DNA of 64,000 nt from an uncultured Holophagales bacterium. Lineage in GTDB: Bacteria; Acidobacteriota; Thermoanaerobaculia; Multivoradales; UBA5704. This document shows positions 32,423 to 47,186 of the stretch, one piece after another (position 1 is the first letter of the stretch; each line of letters begins with the position of its first letter). Under the pieces are notes generated by a model. It was given only the letters and a program-made list of their open reading frames with translations. It had not been told where the DNA came from and did not search any database. The stretch is from contig CAWJGT010000009.1 in NCBI GenBank assembly GCA_963842525.1, positions 1,696,001 through 1,760,000 of the forward strand, read 5' to 3'. A program made the translations under genes and the position numbers.

Positions 32423-33975
32423 GAACACGACTCTCGTCCACCCTGTGCGGAGCTTTTTTCATCCCACTCTTGCTGGCCGGCTGCTCGTTGCGCGCGGAGC
32501 CGGCGCCGGTGAAGCCCACGGTGTATGCCGCGTATGTTCTGCTGGCGGAGTCTCCCGCGGGAAGCACCGTCGCCTTTGCGCGCGTCATCGTCGATCCCGG
32601 CCTGAGCTGCCCTGCGCTCGTCGGCGCTGGAGCGGAGCGGATCGCGATGACGCCGCGCCGCAATCCGCACGGGTTTGCGGTCAAGGTCTGTGAGGCCCGC
32701 TATCCGTTCGGGCGCTCGCTCACGGTCGAGGGCGGCCCGGTGCTCCCGCGGGTGGTCGAAGCGCCTTCGCGCATCGCGGTGCTTGGCGATTCGGGCTGCA
32801 AGCCGAAGGATCAGGCAGGGTGCGGGCTCGACGATCCGGAGTGGCCTTTGCCGGTTCTGGCCCGAGCCGCGGCGATGAGCCGGCCCGATCTCGTCCTCCA
32901 TGTGGGCGACTACAACTATCGCGGCACGCCGAGCGGCTTCAAGACCGCGGTCGACGGCAAAGAGGTCCAGCAGTGGTATTACGATGCCGGCGATGGTGCG
33001 ACCCCGGCGGAGCAGTGCGGGCTCCCGGGTCCTTACTTCAGCCAGAACAGCACGGGCAATCCGGACGCGGACAACTGGCAGGCCTGGTGGCTGGATTTCT
33101 TTCAGCCGGCCGGTGACCTCCTGACCGCGGCCCCTTGGGTCTTCGCGCGCGGCAATCATGAGCTGTGCAGCCACGCGGGCCCGGGCTGGTTCTACTTCCT
33201 CGACGCAAGCTCCGAGCTGCCCGAGGGGGGAGGCCGGCAGCTCGCCTGCCCTTCGCAGGACGGGGCGGCGGGGCCGGCTCTGCCTCATCTGCAGCTCGTC
33301 GAGCCCCAGGTGATCCACCTCGGTGACCTCGATCTGCTGGTGCTCGATTCCGCCAACGCCTGCGACCAGTTGCCCGGGCTGGTCGATGTCTACCGGCGCC
33401 AGCTCATGGCGGCGGCGGGGAGGCTCCGCGGCCACAAGGCATGGCTGGTGACCCACCGGCCGATCTGGGGGATCGAGGACGCGGGCTCCACGCTCTACGG
33501 CTGTGACGGCCAGCCGGAGAGCGGTCCCACGCTTCCCTATGGAGAGCTCAACCAGACCCTCCAATGCGCTCTGCGAGGCGAAGCCGGAAAGGCTCTGCTT
33601 CCCGTGCTCGACCAGATCATCGCCGGCCACATGCACCGGTTCGAGGCCCTCTCCTTCGCCGCCCCGTCCGGCCGTCCGCCATCGCTCATCGTGGGCAACA
33701 GCGGGGTCGCAGAAGACACCGGACCGCCGGCCGGTGCTTTTGCTCAGGCGATCGACGGCGCGGCGGCCTCGGGCTTCTCGGTCGCACAGTTCGGATACCT
33801 CGAGCTGGCGAAGGACGGCAGCGGCGCATGGCGCGGAGCGATGGTGGCTGTGGACCCCGCGGCGTGGTCGCCCTTCCTGGCTCCCTGCACGCCAGGAGCC
33901 GTGGACCAGGCGTTCTGCGTCAAGCCAGCCACCACGCCAGATCCGGGCACGAAGGCCCGGACTGGCGGCCGCTGA
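32419..33975 (+). CDS. Metallophosphoesterase family lipoprotein
   Basis: Lipobox LAGC; VLGDSGC, HVGDYNY, RGNHE, VTHRP, GHMH motifs. Confidence 0.88.
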   Translation: MRTRLSSTLCGAFFIPLLLAGCSLRAEPAPVKPTVYAAYVLLAESPAGSTVAFARVIVDPGLSCPALVGAGAERIAMTPRRNPHGFAVKVCEARYPFGRSLTVEGGPVLPRVVEAPSRIAVLGDSGCKPKDQAGCGLDDPEWPLPVLARAAAMSRPDLVLHVGDYNYRGTPSGFKTAVDGKEVQQWYYDAGDGATPAEQCGLPGPYFSQNSTGNPDADNWQAWWLDFFQPAGDLLTAAPWVFARGNHELCSHAGPGWFYFLDASSELPEGGGRQLACPSQDGAAGPALPHLQLVEPQVIHLGDLDLLVLDSANACDQLPGLVDVYRRQLMAAAGRLRGHKAWLVTHRPIWGIEDAGSTLYGCDGQPESGPTLPYGELNQTLQCALRGEAGKALLPVLDQIIAGHMHRFEALSFAAPSGRPPSLIVGNSGVAEDTGPPAGAFAQAIDGAAASGFSVAQFGYLELAKDGSGAWRGAMVAVDPAAWSPFLAPCTPGAVDQAFCVKPATTPDPGTKARTGGR

Positions 33976-33986
33976 GCTATTCGCCG

Positions 33987-35690
33987 TCATGGATTGCCGG
34001 CCGCCACCTGCCGGCCATCCTCGGCCTTGGCCCGGAGCAGCGGGGCGATGCGTTCGATCTCGCCCTGGAGATGGCCGACGATCTCTTCCATCCCTGACCA
34101 TTCCACCCTGCGTCCTCGCGTCTCGAGGTCGTGGCAGATCTTCGCCAGCCGGCGGGCGCCGAGCTGCGCGCCGCTCCCCATGAAGGCGTGGGCGACGAAG
34201 ACGAAATTGAGGTTGTCCTTGGCGGCCAGGGCGAGCCGCAGCTCCGCGAGCCGGCGCGGCGCCTCGGCCAGGAAGCGGTCGATGATCGGCGACACCAGCT
34301 CCTGGCCGGTCCTGGCCTGGAGCTGCCGCAACTGATCGATGTATTTCGGATCGAACGACTCGACGTCGCCGTTGGCACCGGCGGCGGGAGGCGGCGCCGG
34401 CACAGCGGTTCCCTCCCCGCGGCACAACGCCGCGCGCAGATCCTCCAGAAGCACCGGCTTGCTCAGGTAGTCGTCCATCCCGGCGGCCAGACAGGTCTCG
34501 CGGTCCTCGCGCAGGGCGTTGGCGGTCACCGCGATGATCCGCGGGCGCTCTCTGGGCGGACATTCGCTCCGGATGCGCCGCGTCGCCTCGAGCCCGTCCA
34601 TCCGGGGCATCTGGACGTCCATGAGGATGACGTCGTAGTGCTGCCGGCGCAGCGCGGTCAGGGTCTCCTCGCCGTTGGCGGCCACGTCCGCTGCATAGCC
34701 CAGCCGTTGCAGCAGGAGAAGCGCCACCTTCTGGTTGACCACGTTGTCCTCGGCGACCAGGATGCGCAGCGGCGGGAGCCCGGATCCGGCGATCCTGCCC
34801 GCATCTTTGCTCTCGCGCGGGCCGGCTCACTCTCCACCCACATCCGCCCTCCCAGCCCCTGGGCGAGCCGGTGGCTGATGGCCAGGCCCAGCCCGGTTCC
34901 GCCATACAGCCGGCTGGTCGAGGAGTCCGCCTGGCTGAACGGGCGGAACAGGCGATCCATACGGTCTGCGGAGATGCCGATCCCGGTGTCGCGCACGGCG
35001 AAGCGGAAGCTCCGCCAGCTCGCCCCCCGAGCCTTCCGGCGGCGGTGAACAGGCCTCGACCCGGACGAGGACCTCTCCCGAGGAGGTGAACTTGACCGCG
35101 TTGCCCAGGAGGTTGACCAGGATCTGGCGCAGCCGGGTGGCGTCGCTCTCGATCAGGGCCGGCACCGCGGGATCGATCAGGCAGCCGATCTCCAGCCCCA
35201 GCCGGTCCGCCAGGGTGAAAGAGGGATCACGAAGGAGACCTCGACCGGCCCGGACTCGAATCCCCTGGCATCGCGCCCCCAGACGCGAAACCGGTAGGAG
35301 CCTGCCGTGCAGACGGGCGAGGCCGATGCCCGTGGCGAACCACATCGAGCCGTCCGCGCCGGCCAGGATGTCGCGGATGCTGTTTGACTCCTCCCGGTTC
35401 GGCATGTCGACCGTCTTCCAGGAGCGGCCGTTGTAGACCGCCGCGCCATCCTGGGTGCCGGTCCAGAGGTAGCCTCGCGCGTCGAGGGCGAAGGCTTGGG
35501 GCGAGCTTTGGGGCAGACCTTGCTCAGAGGCGAAAAAACGGACGGACGGACGGCCTTCGGGGAGGCGGGGGACGTCGGAGAACCCGATGGCAAGGGCGGG
35601 GGCCGCGGCGAGCAGAGTCAGAGCCGCTCCCGCAAGGAGGCGGAGAAAGATCCGGCCCAGGGCCGCATAGCTCCGCGCAGAAACATCCAT
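33987..35690 (-). pseudogene. Internally deleted tandem copy of the adjacent hybrid histidine kinase
   Basis: Retains signal peptide and first propeller blades, a short Y_Y_Y piece, HATPase, REC and Hpt that closely match 35796-40090; lacks most propellers and the H-box; frameshifted. Confidence 0.85.
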
Positions 35691-35795
35691 CGACGAGATC
35701 CGCCCTCTCACACAGGGAGGGGCCTATTGTGCCATGCCGGCAGCACAGCTTCTCATTGCAGACGAGATGAGCTGGATCGTCACCGCACCCTTGCT

Positions 35796-40090
<4,295 letters not shown>

Positions 40091-40148
40091 GATCGCCCTC
40101 TCACACAGGGAAAGGCCTATTCTGCCATGCTGCCGGCACAGCGACTAG

Positions 40149-41576
40149 TTACGGACGGCGGGCGGTCATCCGCGCCACGATCTCCAGGAACTGTGCGTCC
40201 TTCCGCAGCTCCGCGAAAGCCGGCTCCGCCTCCAGGGCCTTCGCATCAGAAAAGCCCTTGTCCACGGCCATGCTCAGGGATTCCAGTGCCTTCTTGTGGC
40301 CGGGCTTTCCCTTGAGGGCGTACAGGGTCGCGATTTCCACCCACGGGCCGGGATCTTCTGGACGGATTTCGGCTCCGACGGACAGCATGAAGATGGCGCG
40401 GTCGTACTGCTTTTTCGCGACGAGCGCCTGCGGCTGGTAAAACCGTAGCTGGCCCAGGTACATGTTGAGGACCCGCTTGGCGGCGAGGCTCTCCTCGGTA
40501 TCGGCGGCATGGGCCGACTCCATGCGCTTCTTGAGCTCCGGGATCTTGAGCGCGGCGGCGACCTGCGCCACGGTCACCGGCTCGTTGCCCGGACTGGTGC
40601 GCATCAGGATGCCGGGCGCGTTGGCGAGGATCTCCTTGTCCCGGCGGTCCCGGGCTTCGCGGTCGCGCAGCTCCTGCTGGCAGGCCGGCGAGGCGGCCAG
40701 GGCCGCCGCCTCGCGTTCGGCCTCCGACACATCCCGTAGACCGGCATAGTCGACGGCCATGGCCGACCAGGTGTGGAGGGCGTCCCCTGGATGGACCGCG
40801 GCCTGCGCCCGTGCCCGCTCGCGGTCCGCGGCCCATTCCGCCTCGATCAGCGCGGGGCTCTTCTCCCGCAGCCCCTTTTTCATCGCCTGAAGCTCCATCC
40901 AGCCGACCGCTCTGCTGGCGAGCTCCACCGGCGGCCAGTCATGCGTGCCGGCGAAGCCCTCGATGCGGTGCGGGACGGCGAGCGCCGCGAGCGCCTGATC
41001 GAGGTCCCGCATCTCGTAGTAGTTGAAATCGCGGTCGCCATACGTGCCGTAGAAGACGAAGGGGTTGTCCCGCTTGGGCTGCGATCCGATGGGGAAGCCG
41101 GCGCTGGCTCCGATGACCCCGGCGATCGACCCGGGCGCCGTGAGAGCCAGGACGCAGGCGAAGCGCACCGTGCCCGAGTAGCCTGCCGCGTACACGCGCC
41201 GGTCGTCGATCGAAAAGCGGGCATGGGTGTCCGCCCACAACGCCTTCATGGCCGCGAAGTTACCCTCCATCGGCCGGTCGCCCCCCACGTCGCTCGCCGT
41301 GCTCCAGGAGCTGACCACGATCCAGCCGTAGGTCTCGGCAGCCCGCTGAAACAGCTCAGCCACTCTCTTGCCGTCCCCGCGCGCGTCGAAGGCATAGAGG
41401 ACCGGCCACTGGCGCTCCGGGGTGTACGTGGAAGGAAGATAGAGGGCGTATGCCTGGTCCGGCTGTTTCTCGCAGACCACCCGCTCGATCACCGTCCCCC
41501 GTGGCAGCTCGGCCGCGGTGGCGCCGGACGCGAAGAGGTGGAGGAGGGCCAGGAGGAAGGTCAGGGTGCGGGGCAT
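40149..41576 (-). CDS. Secreted alpha/beta-hydrolase-fold protein with C-terminal TPR
   Basis: Signal peptide; YALYLPSTY, RVYAAGYSG, FAGTHDW; C-terminal TPR-end-like segment. Confidence 0.75.
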   Translation of the reverse strand: MPRTLTFLLALLHLFASGATAAELPRGTVIERVVCEKQPDQAYALYLPSTYTPERQWPVLYAFDARGDGKRVAELFQRAAETYGWIVVSSWSTASDVGGDRPMEGNFAAMKALWADTHARFSIDDRRVYAAGYSGTVRFACVLALTAPGSIAGVIGASAGFPIGSQPKRDNPFVFYGTYGDRDFNYYEMRDLDQALAALAVPHRIEGFAGTHDWPPVELASRAVGWMELQAMKKGLREKSPALIEAEWAADRERARAQAAVHPGDALHTWSAMAVDYAGLRDVSEAEREAAALAASPACQQELRDREARDRRDKEILANAPGILMRTSPGNEPVTVAQVAAALKIPELKKRMESAHAADTEESLAAKRVLNMYLGQLRFYQPQALVAKKQYDRAIFMLSVGAEIRPEDPGPWVEIATLYALKGKPGHKKALESLSMAVDKGFSDAKALEAEPAFAELRKDAQFLEIVARMTARRP

Positions 41577-41714
41577 CGGAGCATGATAGCGGGTGGTCGC
41601 CTGACAGTGGAACAGCGTGAGCTGTTCTCGCCTTGCAAGACGGCTCGACTCCTTGCGAGGGGCCTTCCGCTCCTTGCTAGAATTCACCCGAGGAGGATGC
41701 GATGGAAACCGCTG

Positions 41715-43040
41715 TTACCAAGAAAGGCCAGACGAATATTCCGGCGGCGATCCGCAAGCGGTATCAAGATCCTCTTTCGCGCGCCCCGCCTCCAGCCAGA
41801 GCACCGCCAAGTCCAAGCCCGAAAGGGCTGCGTCGTAGGGCAGCTCCTCGGCGGTGAAGACCCGTTGCACCTGCTCCAGCCGCTCCATGGCTTCCCGCTT
41901 CTGCCCCAACCCGGCCAGGGTCTTCGCTTCCAGCCGGTCGAGGCGGGTGAGGTCCAGCGCGTTGCGCTGCTGTTCCGCGAGCTCGCGTACCTTCGGCAGC
42001 AGCTCTGCCGCTTCCGCGTAGCGTTCCATGTAACAGAAGTTTCTCGCAGTCTTAAACCGCAGCGAAAGAAGCAGGTGCGGATCGCACGACGCTTCAACAG
42101 GAGCTTCAGCTTCATCCAAGACGGCCAGCGCAGCTTCAAATTCCCCCATCTGATCGAAGACGCGCTCTTTTTCAAGCAGGATCATAGCGGCCGCCGATCT
42201 GTCGTCGCCACGGCTCGCAAAAGCCTGGTCGAAGAGGACCAAGGCTTTTGAAAACTGCCGTTGCTCCCGCCGCAGGGCAGCTTCAAAAAGGTGCAACCCC
42301 CATTCGGGGAGCAACCCTTCGGGGTCGGTTCCGGACTTCCAGAGGTCCCTGGCCATGGTGAAGGCCTGATCGGCCCCCTCGAAGTCATTCGCGACGCGGC
42401 GTGCGTTGCCGATGTGAAGCCAGCAAAAGCCTAGGAGCCGGCGTTGGAAGCTTCCCTCCTCTGCCACCCGCTCGGCGATGAAGAGGGCCAGATCCGCGAG
42501 ATCTAGCGCCTCGTCGGTCTTGTGGGCGGCCGCCCGCACGCTTGCCGTGCACACCCGCACGGCCAACGCCCAGCTCCGCGAAGCCCGCAGTGCAAATCCG
42601 AGCAACCGACGCCGCTTGCGCATCGGCAAGGGATCCAGCGCCGCCCAGACCTCCTCGGCTTCCCGCAACGCCACTATAGAAGACTTGCGGCCCGGTGCCG
42701 CAACTCCCTCTTCGATCCCATCAGAGGCTACCGAAAGCTGCGCGATGTCGAGGGTCACCTGCGCAGGATCCGCGGCGGCAACTCTGTGGCGAGCGGCGGA
42801 AATCAGCGCAGTGTAGAAGCGCCGGACGTGCACAACCAGGGACCACTCAAGGCCCGCGGTCCTCGCCATCCGCCGGAGGGCAGCTTCCGGCGGAGCCTTC
42901 TTGCCTGCCTCATAGTCCGAGAGGTCGCTCTGCGACACCCCGGCCTTCTCCCCGAAATCGTTCTGCGACTTCCTGCCGGCGTGGAAGCGCAGGAAACGGA
43001 CCACATACTTCAGAACCTCGGGATCACCCCTCTTCGCCAT
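41715..43040 (-). CDS. XRE-family HTH + TPR regulator (RRNPP-like architecture)
   Basis: HTH SQNDFGEKAGVSQSDLSDYEAGKKAP; successive TPR-like helices (HIGNARRVANDFEGADQAF, RQFSKALVLFDQA, MGEFEAALAVLDEA); C-terminus may be deleted. Confidence 0.8.
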   Translation of the reverse strand: MAKRGDPEVLKYVVRFLRFHAGRKSQNDFGEKAGVSQSDLSDYEAGKKAPPEAALRRMARTAGLEWSLVVHVRRFYTALISAARHRVAAADPAQVTLDIAQLSVASDGIEEGVAAPGRKSSIVALREAEEVWAALDPLPMRKRRRLLGFALRASRSWALAVRVCTASVRAAAHKTDEALDLADLALFIAERVAEEGSFQRRLLGFCWLHIGNARRVANDFEGADQAFTMARDLWKSGTDPEGLLPEWGLHLFEAALRREQRQFSKALVLFDQAFASRGDDRSAAAMILLEKERVFDQMGEFEAALAVLDEAEAPVEASCDPHLLLSLRFKTARNFCYMERYAEAAELLPKVRELAEQQRNALDLTRLDRLEAKTLAGLGQKREAMERLEQVQRVFTAEELPYDAALSGLDLAVLWLEAGRAKEDLDTACGSPPEYSSGLSW

Positions 43041-43153
43041 GCCTCTCACCCCTCTGTGCTGGACATGAGCTATGGTCGTTTGGTGCACTTTTGTCCAAAG
43101 AGGCGCCCGCACGGCCATGGGGGCCGCGCCGGAGCGCTCTCCCGGGAGCCATC

Positions 43154-43414
43154 ATGCTCAGCACCTCTCTGCGTCGCAAGGTCATCCTTCTCCTGTTAGT
43201 CGCGGTCCTTGCCGTTCCCTGGGCTGCTCTGGCCGGGCCACCGACCGGGCACCTTCGGGCGGTGGAAGCCAACGTCCCCGTACACCCCGATTTCTTCGGC
43301 GGGCTCTGGAGTTGGCTCACGAGGCTGTGGAGCGAAACGGGCTGCAGCATCGACCCGCTCGGCCACTGCATCCCCGGCACTAGAATAGGACGCGCCAAGA
43401 CCCGCTTCCAATGA
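43154..43414 (+). CDS. Small secreted peptide with Trp-rich helix and GCSIDPLGHC motif
   Basis: RBS GGGAG; signal MLSTSLRRKVILLLLVAVLAVPWAALA; FFGGLWSWLTRLWSETGCSIDPLGHC; ATGA overlap with the kinase. Confidence 0.7.
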   Translation: MLSTSLRRKVILLLLVAVLAVPWAALAGPPTGHLRAVEANVPVHPDFFGGLWSWLTRLWSETGCSIDPLGHCIPGTRIGRAKTRFQ

Positions 43415-46130
43415 CCGATCAAGAACGCTCCTCCCCTGGCAAGGACCGGCCGGCTTATCTCGGCGCCTACCGGTTGGAGCGCCCGCTGGGGCAGGGTGGA
43501 ATGGGGGAGGTGTTCCTTGCTTGGGACGACCGGCTGGGACGGCGGGTGGCGATCAAACGGCTCCGTCCTGGCTCCGGGGATCCGGAGGGACGGGAGCGAC
43601 TCCGCCGCGAGGCCCGCGCAGCGGCGGGCGTCTCCCATCCGGCCCTGGTGCAGGTCTACGACGTCGTCCTCGATCCGGCGGGCGATGCGGTGGTCCTCGA
43701 GTATGTCGAGGGGCGGACCTTCGCCGAGCTGCTGGCCGGCGGGACCTGCCCACCGGGGCTTGCTGTCCGCCTGGGGAGGGAGATCGCCGAGGGCCTCGCG
43801 GCCGCCCACGCGGCCGGCCTGGTCCACCGCGACCTCAAGGCCGAGAATGTGATCCTCACCCCTTCCAGCCACGCCAAGGTCCTCGACTTCGGCCTTGCCC
43901 GCCCGGTGGGGCCGGAGGCGCAGCGGCTCACCGATCACGGGATGCTCCTCGGGACCTATCACGCCATGTCGCCCGAGCAGGCCCGCGGCGCCGAGCTGGA
44001 CGGGCGCTCCGATCTCTTCTCGCTGGGCGTCCTGCTCTACGAGCTTCTGACCGGCCGCTCGCCGTTCCGGGGCAGCGACCCCGTGGATACCCTGCAGCGG
44101 GTGACCTCGGCCGAGCCGATCCCGCTTGCGCAGCTACGGCCGGACCTCCCCCCTGAGATCGGTGCGCTCGTCAGCCGCCTCCTCGCCAAGGACCCTGGAG
44201 CACGGCCGGCGAATGCGGGCATTGTTGCGCGCGAGCTTGCGGCGATCAGCGAGCTTCCTGCCCTTGCCGGCTGTGGCGATGAGGCGTGGGGTGGAGGCCT
44301 GTGGAGCGACCTGCCGACGGCTGGGCCTGGACCGGGATTGCCGGCGATGTCTGCGATGGGGGCGACGCCGGCGACCGCCCCAGCCCTTGCCCCTGCCGCG
44401 GGTCCCAGGATCTCCGGAAGCTCGTTCGCACCGCCGCGCTTCCGTCTTCGCCGGCCGGCTGTCTGGGTGGCGATGGTCCTCGTGGGGCTCGGCCTCCTGG
44501 GCAGCCTCGCCCTGCACTATCGCGCCCGGCCGCCGCGGCGCGTGGTGGTGCTGCGGCCGGTCGTGACTTCCGGATCTCCAGAGACCCCGGAAATCACCGA
44601 ACGGCTGTCCCTCGCTGCCTCCGGGGTCCTCGTCGCCAGCCTGGCCGGGCTCACGTCGTTTGAGGGCCTGGCTCCTCTCGATCCGTCCCAGGCTGGAACG
44701 GCTGGAGACGCCGCCGGCTCGCTGGCCGGCGCGGCGCGGGCGGCAGCGGCGGACGAGGTGCTCTCGGCGACTCTCGAACGAACGGAAGGCGAGCTTGCCC
44801 GCCTCACTCTCCGCCGGGTTGCCGCGGATGGGCAAGTCTTGTGGGCCGAAGGCTTCGAGATCCCCACGGCGCCGGCCGATCTCCACCTGCTGGCCGACGC
44901 CGTCTACGTCCATCTCCGGAGGGCCTGGCCGCAAGCGCGACGGCGCGACGGCACTCCCGACCTCGACGCGCGCGACGAGGACTACGCGGCCTTCCTCGAT
45001 ATCCGCCGCCGGATCGATTCGGGTCGGTCGCCGCTGGCGCCGGAGCTCGTCCGCCTGGAGGAGATCCTTCGCCGCTCGCCGCGCTTCCTCGAAGCCCAGC
45101 TCCAGGCGGCGCGCTGCGCTGAAAGCCTCTATCAATCGAAGCGCGATCCCGATTTCCTGGTCCGTGGCAACCGCTTCGTGGCCGCGGCGCGGGAGATTGC
45201 TCCCAACGATCCCCGGCCGCTCGCCGAGCTTTTCCGCCTCTCCGTCGCCTCCGGCCAGACAGCAGAGGCTCGAGAAGGCCCTGGCGGAGCTTGCGCGGCT
45301 CCAGCCGGCAGACCCCGAGCTTGCGGTCCTGCGTGCGAGCCTCGCCGAGAGCCGCGGCCGGACGGACGACGCGCTCGCCGAGCTGCGCGCCGCGGTGACC
45401 CAGGTGCCGTCCTGGAGGAACCTCTATCGTCTGGCCGACCTCGCCGCCCGGAGCGGGCGCGTTGCCGAGGCACGCGGGCATTTCCAGGCGCTCCTCGCCC
45501 GCTCGCCCGGCAATCTCTGGGCGCGCGAGAAGCTTGCCGAGATGGAGCTGCTCTACGGCGATCTGCCCCGCGCCGAGCAGCTTTACTCGGACCTCCTCGC
45601 CACCTCGGACCAGCGTAGCTACTGGACCAACCTCGGCCTCACCCGATTCCTCCTTGGCCGGCCGGCGGCGGCGGTCGAGGCCTATCGCAAGGCGCTCGGC
45701 TTCGATCCCGAGCACGTCTACGTCCGCTTGAACCTGGCCGATGCCCTTCTCGCCCTGGGCCGGGAAGGGGAGGCGAAGGACCTCTATGCCCGGGTCCTCG
45801 GCGCGCTGGAGGCGAACCGGAAGGCGGCGCCTCCGAGCGCGGTCGACGAGATGACCCGCGCTCAGTGTCTGGTCCAGCTCGGCCGCGCCCGCGAGGCGGT
45901 CGAGCTCACCCAGCAGACGCTGCAGGCGAACCCCGGCGATCCTCAGGTGGTCTATCTGGCGTCGCTCGTCTACGCCCTGGCCGGCGACCGCGCCTCCGCG
46001 CTCGTCAACGCCGAAGCCGCGCTCGACAAGGGCGTCCAGCCGCGCTGGTTCCGGCTCGCCGCCTTTGCTCCGCTCGCGGGCGACTCCGAGCTTCTCGGCG
46101 CGGCTCGCCGGCCACGATCAACGGCACTAA
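43411..46130 (+). CDS. Ser/Thr protein kinase with TM and TPR domains; frameshift near 45270, end approximate
   Basis: LGQGGMGEV, VAIK, HRDLKAEN, DFG, MSPEQ, DLFSLG; TM; TPRs continue in the 44660..46267 frame. Confidence 0.88.
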
Positions 46131-46136
46131 CCCGCC

Positions 46137-46883
46137 CTAACCAGGAGGGCCACCGTTGTCGATCACCGGGTCGCCGGTCGCCAGCGTCTCGCCGCCCGCG
46201 CCCACGAGCCTCATGTGGTAGGTGTACTTGCCTAGCGGGGCCCGCCACTGGCCCGCTCCGACGATGAACTGGCTCGCCCCGGAGTCGCTGCCCGCAGAGC
46301 GCAGGCTGGTGAGGCTCTGGAAGGGGCCGATCAGCGGGTGCCGGGCACCCTGCGGGCCTTCGGAAACGTACAGGTAGACCGACCCTTCGGGTGGAAGATC
46401 ATAGAAGGTCCAGAACGGAGAGTCGCCGTCGTTCAGCCGCAGGGTGAAGGGCTCGGCGATCAGGAGCCCTTGCTCCCCATCGTAGCGGACCCTCACCTCG
46501 GGGGTGGTGTCGACGCGGGTGGCGTGGTTGTCGAGCGTGGCAGCCGAGCGGGTGGAGACGGTCTGCGGGGCCTCCTGCGAGCCGAAAACGAGCGCGGCAT
46601 GGTAGGTGTGAACGCCACCATGCTCTGGACCGGCATTGCCCTTGCCCACCAGGGTGAGGAGGTCCGGGGAGGTCTGCAGGACGTGGAAGGGGCCGAGTCG
46701 GCGGTCGAAGCGCAGGGCCGGGACGGCTTGGAGATCCGCGGGAACGTCGAGGAACTTCCAGACCACCCGTTGATCGTCCTGCAGCTCGAAGCCGGGCGGG
46801 TCGATGACCAGAAACGGTCCTTCGGCATCCTCCTGATAGGAGACCTCGACGACGAGCTTCTGAGGCATTTCCTGATTTGTCAT
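46137..46883 (-). CDS. Hypothetical protein with two tandem beta-sandwich (DP-EP-like) domains
   Basis: Two similar halves (VEVSY..DQRVVWKF..GPF..HTYH and VRVRY..DSPFWTF..GPF..YTYH) ending DPVIDNGGPP. Confidence 0.55.
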   Translation of the reverse strand: MTNQEMPQKLVVEVSYQEDAEGPFLVIDPPGFELQDDQRVVWKFLDVPADLQAVPALRFDRRLGPFHVLQTSPDLLTLVGKGNAGPEHGGVHTYHAALVFGSQEAPQTVSTRSAATLDNHATRVDTTPEVRVRYDGEQGLLIAEPFTLRLNDGDSPFWTFYDLPPEGSVYLYVSEGPQGARHPLIGPFQSLTSLRSAGSDSGASQFIVGAGQWRAPLGKYTYHMRLVGAGGETLATGDPVIDNGGPPG

Positions 46884-47007
46884 GTTTCCATCCCTCTCCC
46901 TTGGTAACTCGAAAGTCATGCGCGAGCCCTGGTCCCTCACCCCCGGCCCCTCTCCCATCCGCACTCCCGACCACCGGGAGAGGGGAGCCCACCGCCCAAG
47001 CCCATGC

Positions 47008-47119
47008 CCAGGGTTTACACCCTGGGCTACCGAATGTCGCCCTCCGGGCTCGCGAGAGCCCGGGATTCCAGAGCCCGGAGGGCGAAACTGGGTAGCCCCG
47101 GGTGTCAACCCGGGGCGAG
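47008..47119. repeat. REP-doublet element, copy 1
   Basis: CCAGGGTTTACACCCTGGGCTACCGAATGTCGCCCTCCGGGCTC...GAGCCCGGAGGGCG...TAGCCCCGGGTGTCAACCCGGGG; near-identical copy at 53235-53344. Confidence 0.85.
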
Positions 47120-47186
47120 CAGGGCGTCCCGGTCTGGCAAGCTTGCCATCGCATAGACTCTAGCGCAGGGGGGCTCACGACCAGCC

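Noticed and set aside
47135-47148. TGGCAAGCTTGCCA as a sigma54 promoter
   Set aside because: GG-to-GC spacing does not fit -24/-12; it is only a 14-bp palindrome of unknown role.
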